This document shows positions 40,474-52,117 of a stretch of 64,000 nucleotides of DNA, one piece after another (the first letter of the stretch is position 1; each line of letters begins with the position of its first letter). The DNA is from Desulfobacterales bacterium (GTDB lineage: Bacteria; Desulfobacterota; Desulfobacteria; Desulfobacterales; UBA5852), in contig CAXXVS010000002.1 of NCBI GenBank assembly GCA_963674755.2, positions 1,568,001 through 1,632,000 on the forward strand, written 5' to 3'. The notes under the pieces are model-generated. The model made no database searches. It was not told the origin of the DNA and saw only the letters and a list, made by a program, of their open reading frames with translations. A program made the position numbers and the translations under genes.

Positions 40474-41073
40474 CTAGAAGCGCCATCTTTTGCCAATACC
40501 GATCCCTTTGGGGAGTCCATCATCAGGCGTTTCCAAGATGGTCCATTTATCTAAGCGGTCCAGCTGGTCCGGATCTCCCAAGAAAAGATAGGTTCCATCC
40601 CGATCGACGTTCATGTAATACCAGTCTTCGTCTCTGATGATGGTGTTCTGGTGGGAATCTTCAGGATTTTTACCGGTCGGAGGAGAAATCCCCTTCAGTG
40701 CCCGTTTATCGCGCTGGTGCGCATCCGCCACCTTTTTATCAGACGACGCATCGGTGAGGCCCTTGGGCCCCACCTGCACCAGCGGATTCGGCCGCGTTTG
40801 GGCCAGGAGCGCATCCACTTCGCGGGAAGCCTCACGCGATGCTTCCCGGGGAAAGTGATGGCCAGTTTCCGTCAATGGGAAATCGGCATCAAGGGCACAT
40901 CCGGTCAATATACGGTCTGCGTAACGGACCACATCCGAACAGACCAAGGGAACCGCTTTGGCCGAAGGAGCGCCCACGGCCAAAAGGATTGGTATGATCA
41001 CGGCCATCACTTTCAGACGACGCGTCAGGCCGATGCCGCCTGTGGGGGCCGATCGCCTATAGCATAAGGTCAT
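40474..41073 (-). CDS. hypothetical exported protein
   Basis: RBS CAGGAG, signal-peptide-like segment, C-terminal GIGIGKRWRF. Confidence 0.55.
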   Translation of the reverse strand: MTLCYRRSAPTGGIGLTRRLKVMAVIIPILLAVGAPSAKAVPLVCSDVVRYADRILTGCALDADFPLTETGHHFPREASREASREVDALLAQTRPNPLVQVGPKGLTDASSDKKVADAHQRDKRALKGISPPTGKNPEDSHQNTIIRDEDWYYMNVDRDGTYLFLGDPDQLDRLDKWTILETPDDGLPKGIGIGKRWRF

Positions 41074-41373
41074 ATCGTTATACTCCTGAAATTGCAGAAT
41101 ATTTTCTTTAGATGCGCTTTGTTTGAAGGCTTGCGTATATGAAGATGCATCCAATGAAGCCCCATTATATAACCATGATCAAGCGAATCGCAACTGGCGT
41201 CCCCCTTCAAGAAGGCCTATTCCCCGAGGATCTTGCCAACGACCGACAGGCATATCCTGGCCTGGCCCCCTTTAAATTTGAGCCGGTGCGCTCGAAGGCC
41301 TTTCCGGCGATTGCGCCGGTCCTGCAATTCCATTAAAGTTCGACGTGATCGACAGGCCATCTGGGAAATTCCT

Positions 41374-42564
41374 ATGACGATGATTCTTCATATTGATATG
41401 GATGCCTTTTTCGCCGCCGTGGAACAGCGCGACAACCCTGAACTGCGGGGCCAATGCGTCATTGTGGGCGGCCGGTCGGAACGGGGCGTCGTGACCACCG
41501 CCAGCTATGAGGCCCGCCGTTATGGGGTGCGCTCGGCCATGCCCATGTTCGAGGCCCGCCGCCGCTGCCCGCAGGCCATCATCGTTCCGGGACGTATGGC
41601 GTGCTATAAAGCCATTTCCCGACAGATCATGGGATTGCTGCAGGCCTTCACGCCCCTCGTGGAGCCGGTCTCCATCGACGAAGCCTATCTGGATATCAGC
41701 GGAAGCGAACGTCTCCTTGGTCCGCCCGAGGAAGTGGCCCGCCGCATCAAAAGCACCGTTCTGCAGGCCACCGGCCTGACCTGCTCCGTGGGCGGCGCAC
41801 CTCTGCGCTTTTTAGCCAAAATCACCTCCGACATGAACAAACCCGACGGCCTGACGCTTCTCAGGCCCCATGAGGTCGCCCCCTTCATCGAACACCTTCC
41901 GGTCCATAAAATCCCGGGTGTGGGGAAGGTCACCCGGGAGCAGCTGGCCCGGATGCAGCTTCAAACCCTCGGGGATGTTCGACGCTATCCGCCGGACATG
42001 CTGATCGCCCGTCTGGGAAAATTCGGCCATCGGCTCCTGGCGCTTTCCCGGGGGGAGGACCCCACCCCGGTCACCCCCCACACACCGGCCAAATCGGTGA
42101 GCTCCGAGAATACCCTGCCCCGGGATACCGGCGACCAATCTGTCCTGCATGGTCTGCTGCTGCACCATGCCGAAGATGTCGGCCGCCAGCTGCGACGGCT
42201 GGGGCTCAAAGCGCGCACCATTACCCTCAAAATCAAACACGCGGATTTTCAGCAGGCCACCCGCAGCCGCACCCTCAAGCAGCCCACCCAGTCTTCGGAA
42301 ACGATTTTGCAGGAAGCGGACACCCTGCTGCGACACTACCCCCTGACCCGCAAAGTGCGCCTGATCGGTGTGGGGGCATCCCATTTTGTCCCTGCGAAAG
42401 CCCCCGTTCAGGCCGATCTTTTTACAGAAAAGAACAAGCCGCCGGCCAACTGGGAGAAAGTCGACCACGCCGTGGACGCCATCAACGAACGCTTTGGCAA
42501 TGATGTTATCCGCAAAGCGAGCCTCGTGGCTTGCGGCAAGCAGAACACCGAACCGGAGAAATAA
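41374..42564 (+). CDS. dinB: DNA polymerase IV
   Basis: ILHIDMDAFFAAVE, SYEARRYGVRSAMP, SIDEAYLD. Confidence 0.96.
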   Translation: MTMILHIDMDAFFAAVEQRDNPELRGQCVIVGGRSERGVVTTASYEARRYGVRSAMPMFEARRRCPQAIIVPGRMACYKAISRQIMGLLQAFTPLVEPVSIDEAYLDISGSERLLGPPEEVARRIKSTVLQATGLTCSVGGAPLRFLAKITSDMNKPDGLTLLRPHEVAPFIEHLPVHKIPGVGKVTREQLARMQLQTLGDVRRYPPDMLIARLGKFGHRLLALSRGEDPTPVTPHTPAKSVSSENTLPRDTGDQSVLHGLLLHHAEDVGRQLRRLGLKARTITLKIKHADFQQATRSRTLKQPTQSSETILQEADTLLRHYPLTRKVRLIGVGASHFVPAKAPVQADLFTEKNKPPANWEKVDHAVDAINERFGNDVIRKASLVACGKQNTEPEK

Positions 42565-42644
42565 CCGCCCCCGCCGGATAGAAGGACCACACGCCCCCGC
42601 TCCCGTCCCGGGCCAGGCTCCTTTGGAAAACGCCGCAAACAGGC

Positions 42645-45296
42645 TTAAAGATGACGGATCAGCCCTTCCAGCAGGTCGCGGATATCCTTGGCGGGGAAGC
42701 AGAAGTGCATCTCCCGGAACCGTTTCCGCAAGGCGGCCACCTCGTCCTTGACCCGGCGCTGATCAGCCACCACATCATGGATCAACTGGGCCAGGGTCTG
42801 CATGTCGGCCTCCTGCATGCCGAAGCGGGTCATCTCGGCCACGCCCATGCGCAGGGCCCCCGAAGCGGTAAAGCCTTCCTCGGTGGGGCCGGCCTGGTAG
42901 TTGACGATGAGGTTGTTGTCCTCCAGACGCCGGGCGACTTCAGGGCCCCGGCCGTAGCCCACCTGCACGATCACCTGGTGGGTTTCCGTATAGCCCATGG
43001 CCGCATCGCCGGCCACGTCCAACCCGGTATCCTTGAGGGCCGCCGCCAGCGCTTTGGCATTGGCGAGGACCTGGCGCTGGTAGGGATCCTTGAAGGCGTT
43101 CATCTCATAGGCCGCCATCAGCAGCCCCAGGAGGGTGCCCAGGTGGTGATTGCTGACGCTGCCCGGAAAGGCGCGCCGCTGGATGGCCTGCCACAGGGCC
43201 CAGGTTTCATCTTCCAGCCGGACATCCGCGCCCACGATCCCGCGCTGGGTGCCGAAAAAAGTCTTGTGGGTGGATCCCGTGACCAGATCGGCCCCCTCCT
43301 TGAACGGCTCCTGAAAGTGGGGACCGGCCAATCCCAGGACATGGGCCATGTCGTACATGAGGACGGTTTTAAGGCCCATCTCATCCACCAGGGCGCGGAT
43401 TTCTTTCACCGGTTCCTTGTGAAGGGTCATGCTCCGGCCGAAAATAACCAGTTCCGGGCGATAGGTCTCAAGCAGTTCCCGGCAGGCGGCCACATCCACC
43501 TGAAAGGGATTGTCGGCCAGGACCGGGAAGTTCACCACGGCCGGCTTTTCGGTACGGGGGTCCCGGGCCACGAAGTCCCGCAGGGCGCCCATGGGCTGGG
43601 CGCTGAGATGCCCCCCTTTGATAATGTGATGATTCATGACGGGGCGTATGCGGCGTGGTTCCCGCCGGCGATCCGTGCGGTTCAGGTAATCGACCATGGC
43701 GCTGAAAACGGCCGTGTTGGCCATCTGTCCGGAAATCAGGCGGGTCTCCACCTCGCGGCAGCCCAGAAAGCTGCGCATCTCAGCGGCCAGCAGGGCCTCA
43801 GTTTGGGCGATGAATTCGGTTCCCTGGTAGTAGAACACGTCGCGGTCTTCCAGGGCGGCCACGGTCTTGTGTTCGGCATAGCGGCCCACCGGATCCATGA
43901 TGGAGAGCAGCCGCGTCAGCCGGGACATGGTCTGCTCCGAGGGGATCAGGTTGATGCAGTCCTCCTGCCGCCAGGCCGTGTTGGCGATTGCTTTTTCCAC
44001 CAGCAAACGGGCTTTCTGCAGCCCCTGGGCCTCATCATAGCGTGTTTTGATATCAGGATGCAGCTGCTCGTAAAGGATGGGGCGCGCCAGGGGCGGCGCC
44101 TCGGCCCTCAGGTGATAGGGCACCACCAGGGCGCCATGACGCTTGCCGCGGATGTCCACCTCCAGAGCATCCCCTTCCCGCAAGTCGCTGTCGAGCAGGG
44201 CCAGCCCGATGGCCCGGCGTCCTTTTTCTTCGGTCATCCGGGCCTCGATCCCTTCTCCCTGATAGCGCCAGTAAGGGACCATGGTACCGCTGGTGACATA
44301 GCCGGCCGGACCGCTGTTACGATAGACCAGCGCTCCGGCCCGGGCGATCCCTTTTCCGGAAATCGCGATCGGCATCACCAGCTGGGGCAGATCTTTGTTA
44401 CGCGTGTAATCCTGCCGTTGAATGCGCTTCCAGGCGGCAAACTGCCGGGCCAGGGCTTCCCGGCCGATATAATCGCCTTTCAGGGAGGCAAAGCTGACGG
44501 CGAAACGGGCCAGGCTGCAGGCGAAGATCGGAATCGGGCGGCCGTCCTTGTCCGGACCGAGTTCATGGCCATAAAGGGGCAAACCGGCTTCCAGGCGCAG
44601 AGTGTCGCGGGCTCCGAGCCCCACGGGTATGGCCCCCTGCGCCATGAGGGCCCGCCAGATGGTATCGGCATGCTCCGCCGGGAAAAACAATTCGAACCCC
44701 AGGGGCTCGCCGGTGTAGCCCGTGCGGGCCAGCCAGACTTCCGCCGCGCCGATGCGCGCCAGGCTGAGGGCATTTTTTTCCGGCTCCGGCACCCTGCCGG
44801 CGGTTAGCAGCGCTTGCAGGACGACTTTGGATTGGGGTCCCTGCAAACTGATCATGGCCAAGTCCGTCGAGCGATCCGTCATTTCCAGATCTTCGAAGGC
44901 GGCGCCGACCGTCTGCAAATGGGCCCAGTCCTTCGCGCGGTTGGCGGCATTGACCACCAACAAATAGTCTTTGGCATGAAAACGATAGAGATAGGCGTCA
45001 TCGACGGCGCCGCCGTCTTCATCCGGGATCATGGTGTACTGGCTTTGTCCCACATCGAGAGCGGCGGCATTGTTGGTCAGCACCTTCTGCAGAAAGGCCA
45101 GGGCCGACGCCCCGCCCACGGCAAAACGCCCCATGTGGGAAACATCGAAAATGCCGGCGGTCCGGCGGGTCATCAGGTGCTCGTGCAGGATGCCCTCAGG
45201 ATACTGCACCGGCATGTGCCAGCCGCCAAAATCCACCATGGTGGCACCCAGCTCCTCATGAAGGTCGTGCAATACGGTTTGCAGGAGTTCCGTCAT
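42645..45296 (-). CDS. gcvT: glycine cleavage T protein fused to a serine hydroxymethyltransferase-like domain
   Basis: N-half: FDVSHMG, ARTGYTGE, GLGARDTLRLEAG. C-half: INLIPSE, GGHLS, YDMAH, GSTHKT (PLP Lys). Confidence 0.9.
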   Translation of the reverse strand: MTELLQTVLHDLHEELGATMVDFGGWHMPVQYPEGILHEHLMTRRTAGIFDVSHMGRFAVGGASALAFLQKVLTNNAAALDVGQSQYTMIPDEDGGAVDDAYLYRFHAKDYLLVVNAANRAKDWAHLQTVGAAFEDLEMTDRSTDLAMISLQGPQSKVVLQALLTAGRVPEPEKNALSLARIGAAEVWLARTGYTGEPLGFELFFPAEHADTIWRALMAQGAIPVGLGARDTLRLEAGLPLYGHELGPDKDGRPIPIFACSLARFAVSFASLKGDYIGREALARQFAAWKRIQRQDYTRNKDLPQLVMPIAISGKGIARAGALVYRNSGPAGYVTSGTMVPYWRYQGEGIEARMTEEKGRRAIGLALLDSDLREGDALEVDIRGKRHGALVVPYHLRAEAPPLARPILYEQLHPDIKTRYDEAQGLQKARLLVEKAIANTAWRQEDCINLIPSEQTMSRLTRLLSIMDPVGRYAEHKTVAALEDRDVFYYQGTEFIAQTEALLAAEMRSFLGCREVETRLISGQMANTAVFSAMVDYLNRTDRRREPRRIRPVMNHHIIKGGHLSAQPMGALRDFVARDPRTEKPAVVNFPVLADNPFQVDVAACRELLETYRPELVIFGRSMTLHKEPVKEIRALVDEMGLKTVLMYDMAHVLGLAGPHFQEPFKEGADLVTGSTHKTFFGTQRGIVGADVRLEDETWALWQAIQRRAFPGSVSNHHLGTLLGLLMAAYEMNAFKDPYQRQVLANAKALAAALKDTGLDVAGDAAMGYTETHQVIVQVGYGRGPEVARRLEDNNLIVNYQAGPTEEGFTASGALRMGVAEMTRFGMQEADMQTLAQLIHDVVADQRRVKDEVAALRKRFREMHFCFPAKDIRDLLEGLIRHL

Positions 45297-45524
45297 GGGT
45301 TGTTCCTTTCCTTTGAATGGTGCGGTCCGCAGCGCGTGGCGCACGAGGGTGAAAAGTATGGCCCTTCACCATACAGCCAGGCCCATCATTCGAACCTTAC
45401 GGTCGTTGCATATGCTTGGACAGGAGATTTCGCAGCCGAACAGGTGCGTATGACTTTCCTCATATTACAGTGGGATCGAATTTACCAGAGGTGTTGGCTA
45501 AGGGGAAGAGGGACGGGGTCTGCT

Positions 45525-45782
45525 GTCAGTGCCCATCCAGCGGTGGTCGATTTTGGTTTCTGGCCCCGCCGCCCAGCGCGGGATATCCCGTCTGATCGTT
45601 GAACCCGCCGGTGCTCGACAAAACGCCGTCGACGGGCGCCCACAGGTGTAGCCCGACTACGCCGAGGACCGGCGGAAGGCGCGAACGCCGATTTGTCCGC
45701 CAAGGGGGGGGCTTATTCGGGGATCCGGTCCACCGGCGTCGGGCCGGGGGCCAAAAGATGCCATTAAGGGATGGGCACTGAC
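45525..45782. repeat. intergenic MITE/REP-like element
   Basis: Perfect 14-bp inverted repeat GTCAGTGCCCATCC/GGATGGGCACTGAC; right end matches 29285-29308 in reverse. Confidence 0.75.
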
Positions 45783-45858
45783 GGGTAATACCCTGCGGGC
45801 GATGATGCCGCGATGGCCAGGAGCGTCCCGGCGGCGGCCGGTCAATGGTTTGCCGATC

Positions 45859-46176
45859 TCACGTAATGATCACGATTTCAGGCAAATCGTGCAGTTTCTG
45901 CCACACGCGCCGCAGAATGATCATGGCAGGATCGGTATTTTCCCCGACGTCGGAAACCCGGGCCATACAGGATTCCAATAAATCCTCGTTGCCGGTCCAA
46001 ATTTTGAACTCATCCAGCACATATTGGGCAACCGAATCGTAAAGACGTAAAAAATCGTTTTCGGTCATGCTCGACAGGGTTACCATTTCTTTGGGCGGAA
46101 GATCGGCAATCAGCAGATCGGCTACTTCGTCGACCGTCCGCGGGAGGTCTGGTTTGAATGGCTTTTCGTACATCAT
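45859..46176 (-). CDS. hypothetical protein (DUF6794-like)
   Basis: PRTVDEVADLLI...IWTGNEDLL...ILRRVW; sigma54-like TTGGCACAGGTTTTGAA upstream (46241-46257, minus). Confidence 0.65.
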   Translation of the reverse strand: MMYEKPFKPDLPRTVDEVADLLIADLPPKEMVTLSSMTENDFLRLYDSVAQYVLDEFKIWTGNEDLLESCMARVSDVGENTDPAMIILRRVWQKLHDLPEIVIIT

Positions 46177-46593
46177 GGGTCTCAGAATTCCTTGGTTATG
46201 TGGACACTCACTACAGCCATCATAGGCTGTGGAGGTAGTTTTCAAAACCTGTGCCAAATTCCGCCGTTTTTCCATCGTAGTTCTTATACCTGTGTTTTCA
46301 AAGCGTTAGGGCCTAACATGCGATCTTGGCGTCAGGTACTGAACGCGGCTTGATGTTGCCGACCCCACAATTTTGTGCTGTTGACGTCATGTTTTTGACG
46401 AAATTGCGTGATCGATGAGTGGTTTCGCATCCTGATCCCCCCTATGGCGATGCTACCCCGCCGGGGCCAAAACTCGGCCTTTAATGAAAAAACTATGGCG
46501 GAAAACAACGGTCGCAAGCGTTAGACCGGTAAAATAAGGTTATCCACCCACGATAAAAGCCGACCATTGACAAGGATGTCGGCAATTATTATG

Positions 46594-46608
46594 AATGGGT
46601 CACCCATT
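46594..46608. promoter_or_regulatory. probable GntR/FadR operator
   Basis: AATGGGT-C-ACCCATT palindrome just downstream of TTGACA (46567). Confidence 0.55.
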
Positions 46609-46690
46609 AACATAGATCCGGTTTAGGGGTTCATCGCCCCGCTAATTGTGGGATGTAAAGGCCGAACCGGCACTTCTCCGAGAAGAGACC

Positions 46691-47449
46691 ATGTTCCGTA
46701 AAACCCCTCACAACCGCATTTTCCAGGATTTGGTCGGACAAATCCAGGAAGCGATTCTGGACGGCCGTTTGCAGCCCGGCGACAAACTGCCGTCACAAAG
46801 GGAGCTGGTTGCGATGTTTCAGACCAGTCGTGCATCCATTCGGGAAGCCCTGCGCGTACTGGAACAAAAGGGGCTGATCGAGGTCAAGCTGGGCGTCAGC
46901 GGCGGGGCGGTCGTCAAGAACGCCGGCACCGAACCCATTACGGAATCGTTGAAACTGCTGCTCCATCAAAACCAGGTCTCCAGGGAACATCTGGCGGCGT
47001 TCAGGGAAAGTATTGAAGGCGATGTAGCCGCCAGCGCTGCGCGTCGGGCGGGACCTGATGAAATCCAGCGGCTGGAGTCTATTCTGTCTGAGGCCGGAGC
47101 TTGCCTCGAAGATGCGAAGGCCCTGCCCCAGGATTTTCTTCGCACGGACATCCGTCTGCACATCGCCCTGGCCGAGATTTCCGGCAATCCGATCTTTGTT
47201 GCGGTGACCCGAATGGTGCATGAGACCATCCTCGGCTTGTACGACCGCTTCACCTTGCGTCGTCGTGATGTGCTGGAAGAAAATTATCGCGATCTCTGCG
47301 ACCTGGTCGACGCCGTCAAAAAAGGCCAACCCGAACAGGCCCGCCGCCTCGCCTTGCAGCATGTGCAGCGCTTTAACCGGCATCTCCAAACAGCAGCAAA
47401 GACTTCGCGCGAATCCGTATCCCCGGCCGATCGGCCTTTACAGGATTGA
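46691..47449 (+). CDS. GntR/FadR family regulator
   Basis: [11 protein letters not shown]...[18 protein letters not shown] plus FCD domain. Confidence 0.93.
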   Translation: MFRKTPHNRIFQDLVGQIQEAILDGRLQPGDKLPSQRELVAMFQTSRASIREALRVLEQKGLIEVKLGVSGGAVVKNAGTEPITESLKLLLHQNQVSREHLAAFRESIEGDVAASAARRAGPDEIQRLESILSEAGACLEDAKALPQDFLRTDIRLHIALAEISGNPIFVAVTRMVHETILGLYDRFTLRRRDVLEENYRDLCDLVDAVKKGQPEQARRLALQHVQRFNRHLQTAAKTSRESVSPADRPLQD

Positions 47450-47525
47450 AGAGCCGCAAGCCGGCCGCCATGGCCCCGACCGGTTGCTTATAATGGATCG
47501 AAAATTATCAAAGGCAGGAGGAACC

Positions 47526-48728
47526 ATGAACTCGCAGGACTACATCGAGCTTGAGAATCGTTATGGCGCCCACAACTACAAACCTCTGGACGTCGTGCTG
47601 ACGCGGGGCCAGGGCATCTGGGTCTGGGATGTGGAAGGCAAACGCTATCTGGACTGCCTTTCGGCCTATTCGGCCGTCAATCAGGGGCACTGCCACCCGG
47701 CCATCATGCAGACCATGGCGGATCAGGCCCGGCTGTTGACCCTCACCTCACGGGCCTTCCGCAATGATCAACTGGGCCTCCTCTACAAAGACGTCTGCGA
47801 GCTGACCCACTCCCATAAAATGCTCCCCATGAACAGCGGGGCGGAAGCGGTCGAGACGGTGATCAAAGCGGTCCGCAAGTGGGGCTACAAGGTCAAGGGC
47901 GTGCCGGACGACCAGGCGGAAATCATCGTATGCCGCAACAATTTTCACGGTCGTACCATCACCATCGTGGGCTTCAGTTCGGACCCGGGCTCCCGGGACG
48001 GCTTCGGCCCGTTTACGCCCGGATTCAAAACCGTGCCCTTCGGCGATGCCGAGGCCCTGGCGAATGCCATCACACCCAACACCGTCGGTTTTCTGGTGGA
48101 GCCCATTCAGGGTGAAGCCGGGGTCATCATCCCCCCGGAGGGCTATCTGCGCCGGGCCAAACAGCTCTGCGAGCAGCACAATGTCGTTCTGATCCTGGAT
48201 GAAATCCAGACCGGTCTGGGCCGCACGGGCAAACTGCTGGCCGAGGAGCACGAGGGCGTCGAAGCGGATCTGACCCTGGTGGGCAAGGCGCTCTCCGGCG
48301 GCTACTATCCGGTATCGGCGGTCCTTTCCAATAAAGAAGTCATGGATGTCTTGCGCCCCGGCGAACACGGCAGCACCTTTGGGGGCAATCCCCTGGCCTG
48401 TGCCGTAGCCCGCACGGCCCTGCGGGTCCTGGTGGAGGAAGGCATGATCGAAAATGCCGCCCGAATGGGGGCCTACTTCCTGGAAGCCCTGCAGTCCCTT
48501 GGTTCACATAAGATAAAGGAAATCCGCGGCAAGGGGCTGATGATCGGCGTCGAATTGGTGCCGGATGCCGGAGGGGCCCGGCAGTACAGCGAAAAATTGA
48601 TGGCCGAAGGCATCCTTTGCAAGGAGACCCACGAGCATATCCTGCGCTTCGCCCCGCCCCTGGTGATCACCCGGGAGGACATCGACTGGGCCATGGAAAG
48701 GATTGCAAAAGTGCTGCGGGCCGATTAA
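47526..48728 (+). CDS. rocD: ornithine aminotransferase
   Basis: [53 protein letters not shown]. Confidence 0.95.
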   Translation: MNSQDYIELENRYGAHNYKPLDVVLTRGQGIWVWDVEGKRYLDCLSAYSAVNQGHCHPAIMQTMADQARLLTLTSRAFRNDQLGLLYKDVCELTHSHKMLPMNSGAEAVETVIKAVRKWGYKVKGVPDDQAEIIVCRNNFHGRTITIVGFSSDPGSRDGFGPFTPGFKTVPFGDAEALANAITPNTVGFLVEPIQGEAGVIIPPEGYLRRAKQLCEQHNVVLILDEIQTGLGRTGKLLAEEHEGVEADLTLVGKALSGGYYPVSAVLSNKEVMDVLRPGEHGSTFGGNPLACAVARTALRVLVEEGMIENAARMGAYFLEALQSLGSHKIKEIRGKGLMIGVELVPDAGGARQYSEKLMAEGILCKETHEHILRFAPPLVITREDIDWAMERIAKVLRAD

Positions 48729-49763
<1,035 letters not shown>

Positions 49764-49782
49764 AAAAAGGAGCACGCACGGG

Positions 49783-51102
49783 ATGATCGAAAACGTCATC
49801 ATCATGGGAGCGGCCGGCCGGGATTTCCACAATTTCAACATCTATTTCAAAAACAATCCGCGCTACCGGGTGGTGGCCTTCACGGCCGCCCAGATCCCCG
49901 ATATCGACGACCGCCTCTATCCGCCGGCCCTGGCCGGAGAGCTCTACCCGGAAGGCGTGCCCATCTACGATGAAAACGAACTGGCCGCCTTGATCCGCAA
50001 ACACAAGGTGGATCTGGTGGCCTTCTCCTACAGCGATGTCCCCCACGAGGCGGTCATGCACAAGGCCTCCCTGGCCATGGCCGAAGGCGCCGATTTCATC
50101 CTGATCGGGGCCACCTACACCATGCTGCGCTCCCGCAAACCCGTCGTGGCGGTCTGCGCCGTGCGCACCGGCTGCGGCAAATCCCAGACCACCCGCAAGG
50201 TCTGCCGCATCGCCCGAGACCGGGGCCAGCGCGTGGTGGCGGTCCGCCACCCCATGCCCTACGGCGATCTGACCCAGCAGGTGGTGCAGCGCTTTGCGAA
50301 TATCGAGGACTTCGACCGCCACCGGTGCACCATCGAGGAACGCGAGGAGTACGAGCCGTTGGTGGACCAGGGAATCGTGGTTTACGCCGGTATCGATTAC
50401 CAGGCCATCCTGGCGGAAGCTGAAAAGGAGGCCGATATCATCGTCTGGGACGGCGGCAACAACGACACCCCCTTCTATCGCCCCAACGTCCACATCGTGG
50501 TCTTCGATCCCCATCGCGCCGGCCATGAATGCCGCTACTACCCGGGCGAAACCAATATGATCATGGCCCATATCGCGGTCATCAACAAGGTGGACAGCGC
50601 CGATCCCCAGCAGGTGGCCATCGTGCGCCAAAACATTGTCGAACACGCACCCGAGGCCGATATCGTGCTGGCAGAATCCGCCATCCTGGTCGACGCGCCG
50701 GAACGGATCAAGGGCCAGCGGGTGCTGGTGGTGGAGGACGGCCCCACCCTGACCCACGGCGGGATGTCCTTCGGGGCCGGCACCATCGCGGCCCGGCGCT
50801 ACGGTGCGGCGGAAATTGTGGAAGCCGCCCGGTTTGCCGTGGGCCGCATCCGCGACACCTACGCCCAATATCCCCATATCCGTCAGGAACTCCCGGCCAT
50901 GGGCTATGGCCGGCAGCAGATCCGGGATCTCGAGGAGACCATCCGGCGGGCCGACTGCGATCTGGTCCTGTGCGCAACCCCCGTCAATCTGCCGCGGCTG
51001 CTCGACATCGACCGCCCCACCCTCCGGGTGCGCTATGAATACCAGGACGCCCCCCAGGGGCCCCGGCTGGAGGACGTCCTCACACGGCGTCTCGGAATCT
51101 GA
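49783..51102 (+). CDS. arginine synthetase ArcE-like P-loop protein (often annotated GTPase or cyclic 2,3-diphosphoglycerate synthase-like)
   Basis: GAAGRDFHNFN, AVRTGCGKSQT, RHPMPYG, TIEEREEYE, WDGGNND, VEDGPTLTHGGM; located between OTC and carbamate kinase. Confidence 0.8.
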   Translation: MIENVIIMGAAGRDFHNFNIYFKNNPRYRVVAFTAAQIPDIDDRLYPPALAGELYPEGVPIYDENELAALIRKHKVDLVAFSYSDVPHEAVMHKASLAMAEGADFILIGATYTMLRSRKPVVAVCAVRTGCGKSQTTRKVCRIARDRGQRVVAVRHPMPYGDLTQQVVQRFANIEDFDRHRCTIEEREEYEPLVDQGIVVYAGIDYQAILAEAEKEADIIVWDGGNNDTPFYRPNVHIVVFDPHRAGHECRYYPGETNMIMAHIAVINKVDSADPQQVAIVRQNIVEHAPEADIVLAESAILVDAPERIKGQRVLVVEDGPTLTHGGMSFGAGTIAARRYGAAEIVEAARFAVGRIRDTYAQYPHIRQELPAMGYGRQQIRDLEETIRRADCDLVLCATPVNLPRLLDIDRPTLRVRYEYQDAPQGPRLEDVLTRRLGI

Positions 51103-51126
51103 ACCCCCGCGAAAGGTCGTCATCCC

Positions 51127-52068
51127 ATGCCCCGCGCCCGGCCCTATGAAACGCTTTTGATTGCCCTGGGCGGCAATGCCCTCATTCGCAAGGGCCAGGC
51201 GGGCACCATCCGCGAGCAGTTCGACAATTTACACGACCCCATCCGCCAGATCGCCAAACTCTCACGCCGCTACCGGGTTATCATCACCCACGGCAACGGC
51301 CCCCAGGTGGGCAATCTTCTGTTGCAGCAGGAATGCTGCGATGCGGCCCCCCGCTTGCCCCTGGAAATCCTCGTGGCCCAGACCCAGGGGCAGATCGGCT
51401 ACATGATCGAATCCACCCTGGATACCGCACTCATGGAGCTGGGCGTGCATTTCAAACAACCGTTTATTACCCTCATCACTTATGTGGTGGTCAGTGAAAA
51501 AGATCCGGCTTTCAAGAATCCCACCAAACCCATCGGGCCCCTTCTGACCGAATCCCAGGCCACGGCCAGCCCGTTTCCGACGCGCCCAACCGCCAAGGGC
51601 TTCCGTCGGGTGGTGGCTTCGCCCCGGCCGGTCACGGTGGTGGAAAAACGGGAGATCCGCCAATTGACCGGCCTGGGGTTTATCGTGATCTGCTGCGGCG
51701 GGGGCGGGATTCCGGTCACCCGCGAAGGACGGTCTTTCAACGGGGTGGATGCGGTCATCGACAAGGATCTGGTGAGTGCCAAGCTGGCCGAAGAAATCGA
51801 GGCCGACCGCTTTGTCATCGCCACCGACGTCGAGGGGGCCGCGCTCCACTACGGTACACCGCAGGAGCAGTTTCTGCAGCGCATCACGGTTGGCGAGGCG
51901 GAGACCTACCTGCGGGAGGGTCATTTCCCACCCGGCTCCATGCAGCCTAAAATCGAGGCGGCCGCGGCCTTTGTCCGCCACGGCGGCCGGGAAGCGGTCA
52001 TTACCTCCCTGGCGCACATCGAAGCGGCGGTCCTGGGCTCGGCCGGCACCCGCATTAGCGCGGGTTAG
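51127..52068 (+). CDS. arcC: carbamate kinase
   Basis: ALGGNAL, THGNGPQVG, RRVVASP, AVIDKD, GSMQPK. Confidence 0.95.
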   Translation: MPRARPYETLLIALGGNALIRKGQAGTIREQFDNLHDPIRQIAKLSRRYRVIITHGNGPQVGNLLLQQECCDAAPRLPLEILVAQTQGQIGYMIESTLDTALMELGVHFKQPFITLITYVVVSEKDPAFKNPTKPIGPLLTESQATASPFPTRPTAKGFRRVVASPRPVTVVEKREIRQLTGLGFIVICCGGGGIPVTREGRSFNGVDAVIDKDLVSAKLAEEIEADRFVIATDVEGAALHYGTPQEQFLQRITVGEAETYLREGHFPPGSMQPKIEAAAAFVRHGGREAVITSLAHIEAAVLGSAGTRISAG

Positions 52069-52117
52069 ACGGCGCGCAGACCGTCCCTGGCGCCTGGTTT
52101 GCCGGCTGACGCAATGC

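Noticed and set aside
49783..51102. Cyclic 2,3-diphosphoglycerate synthesis
   Set aside because: No 2-phosphoglycerate kinase nearby; the OTC and carbamate kinase context points to arginine metabolism.
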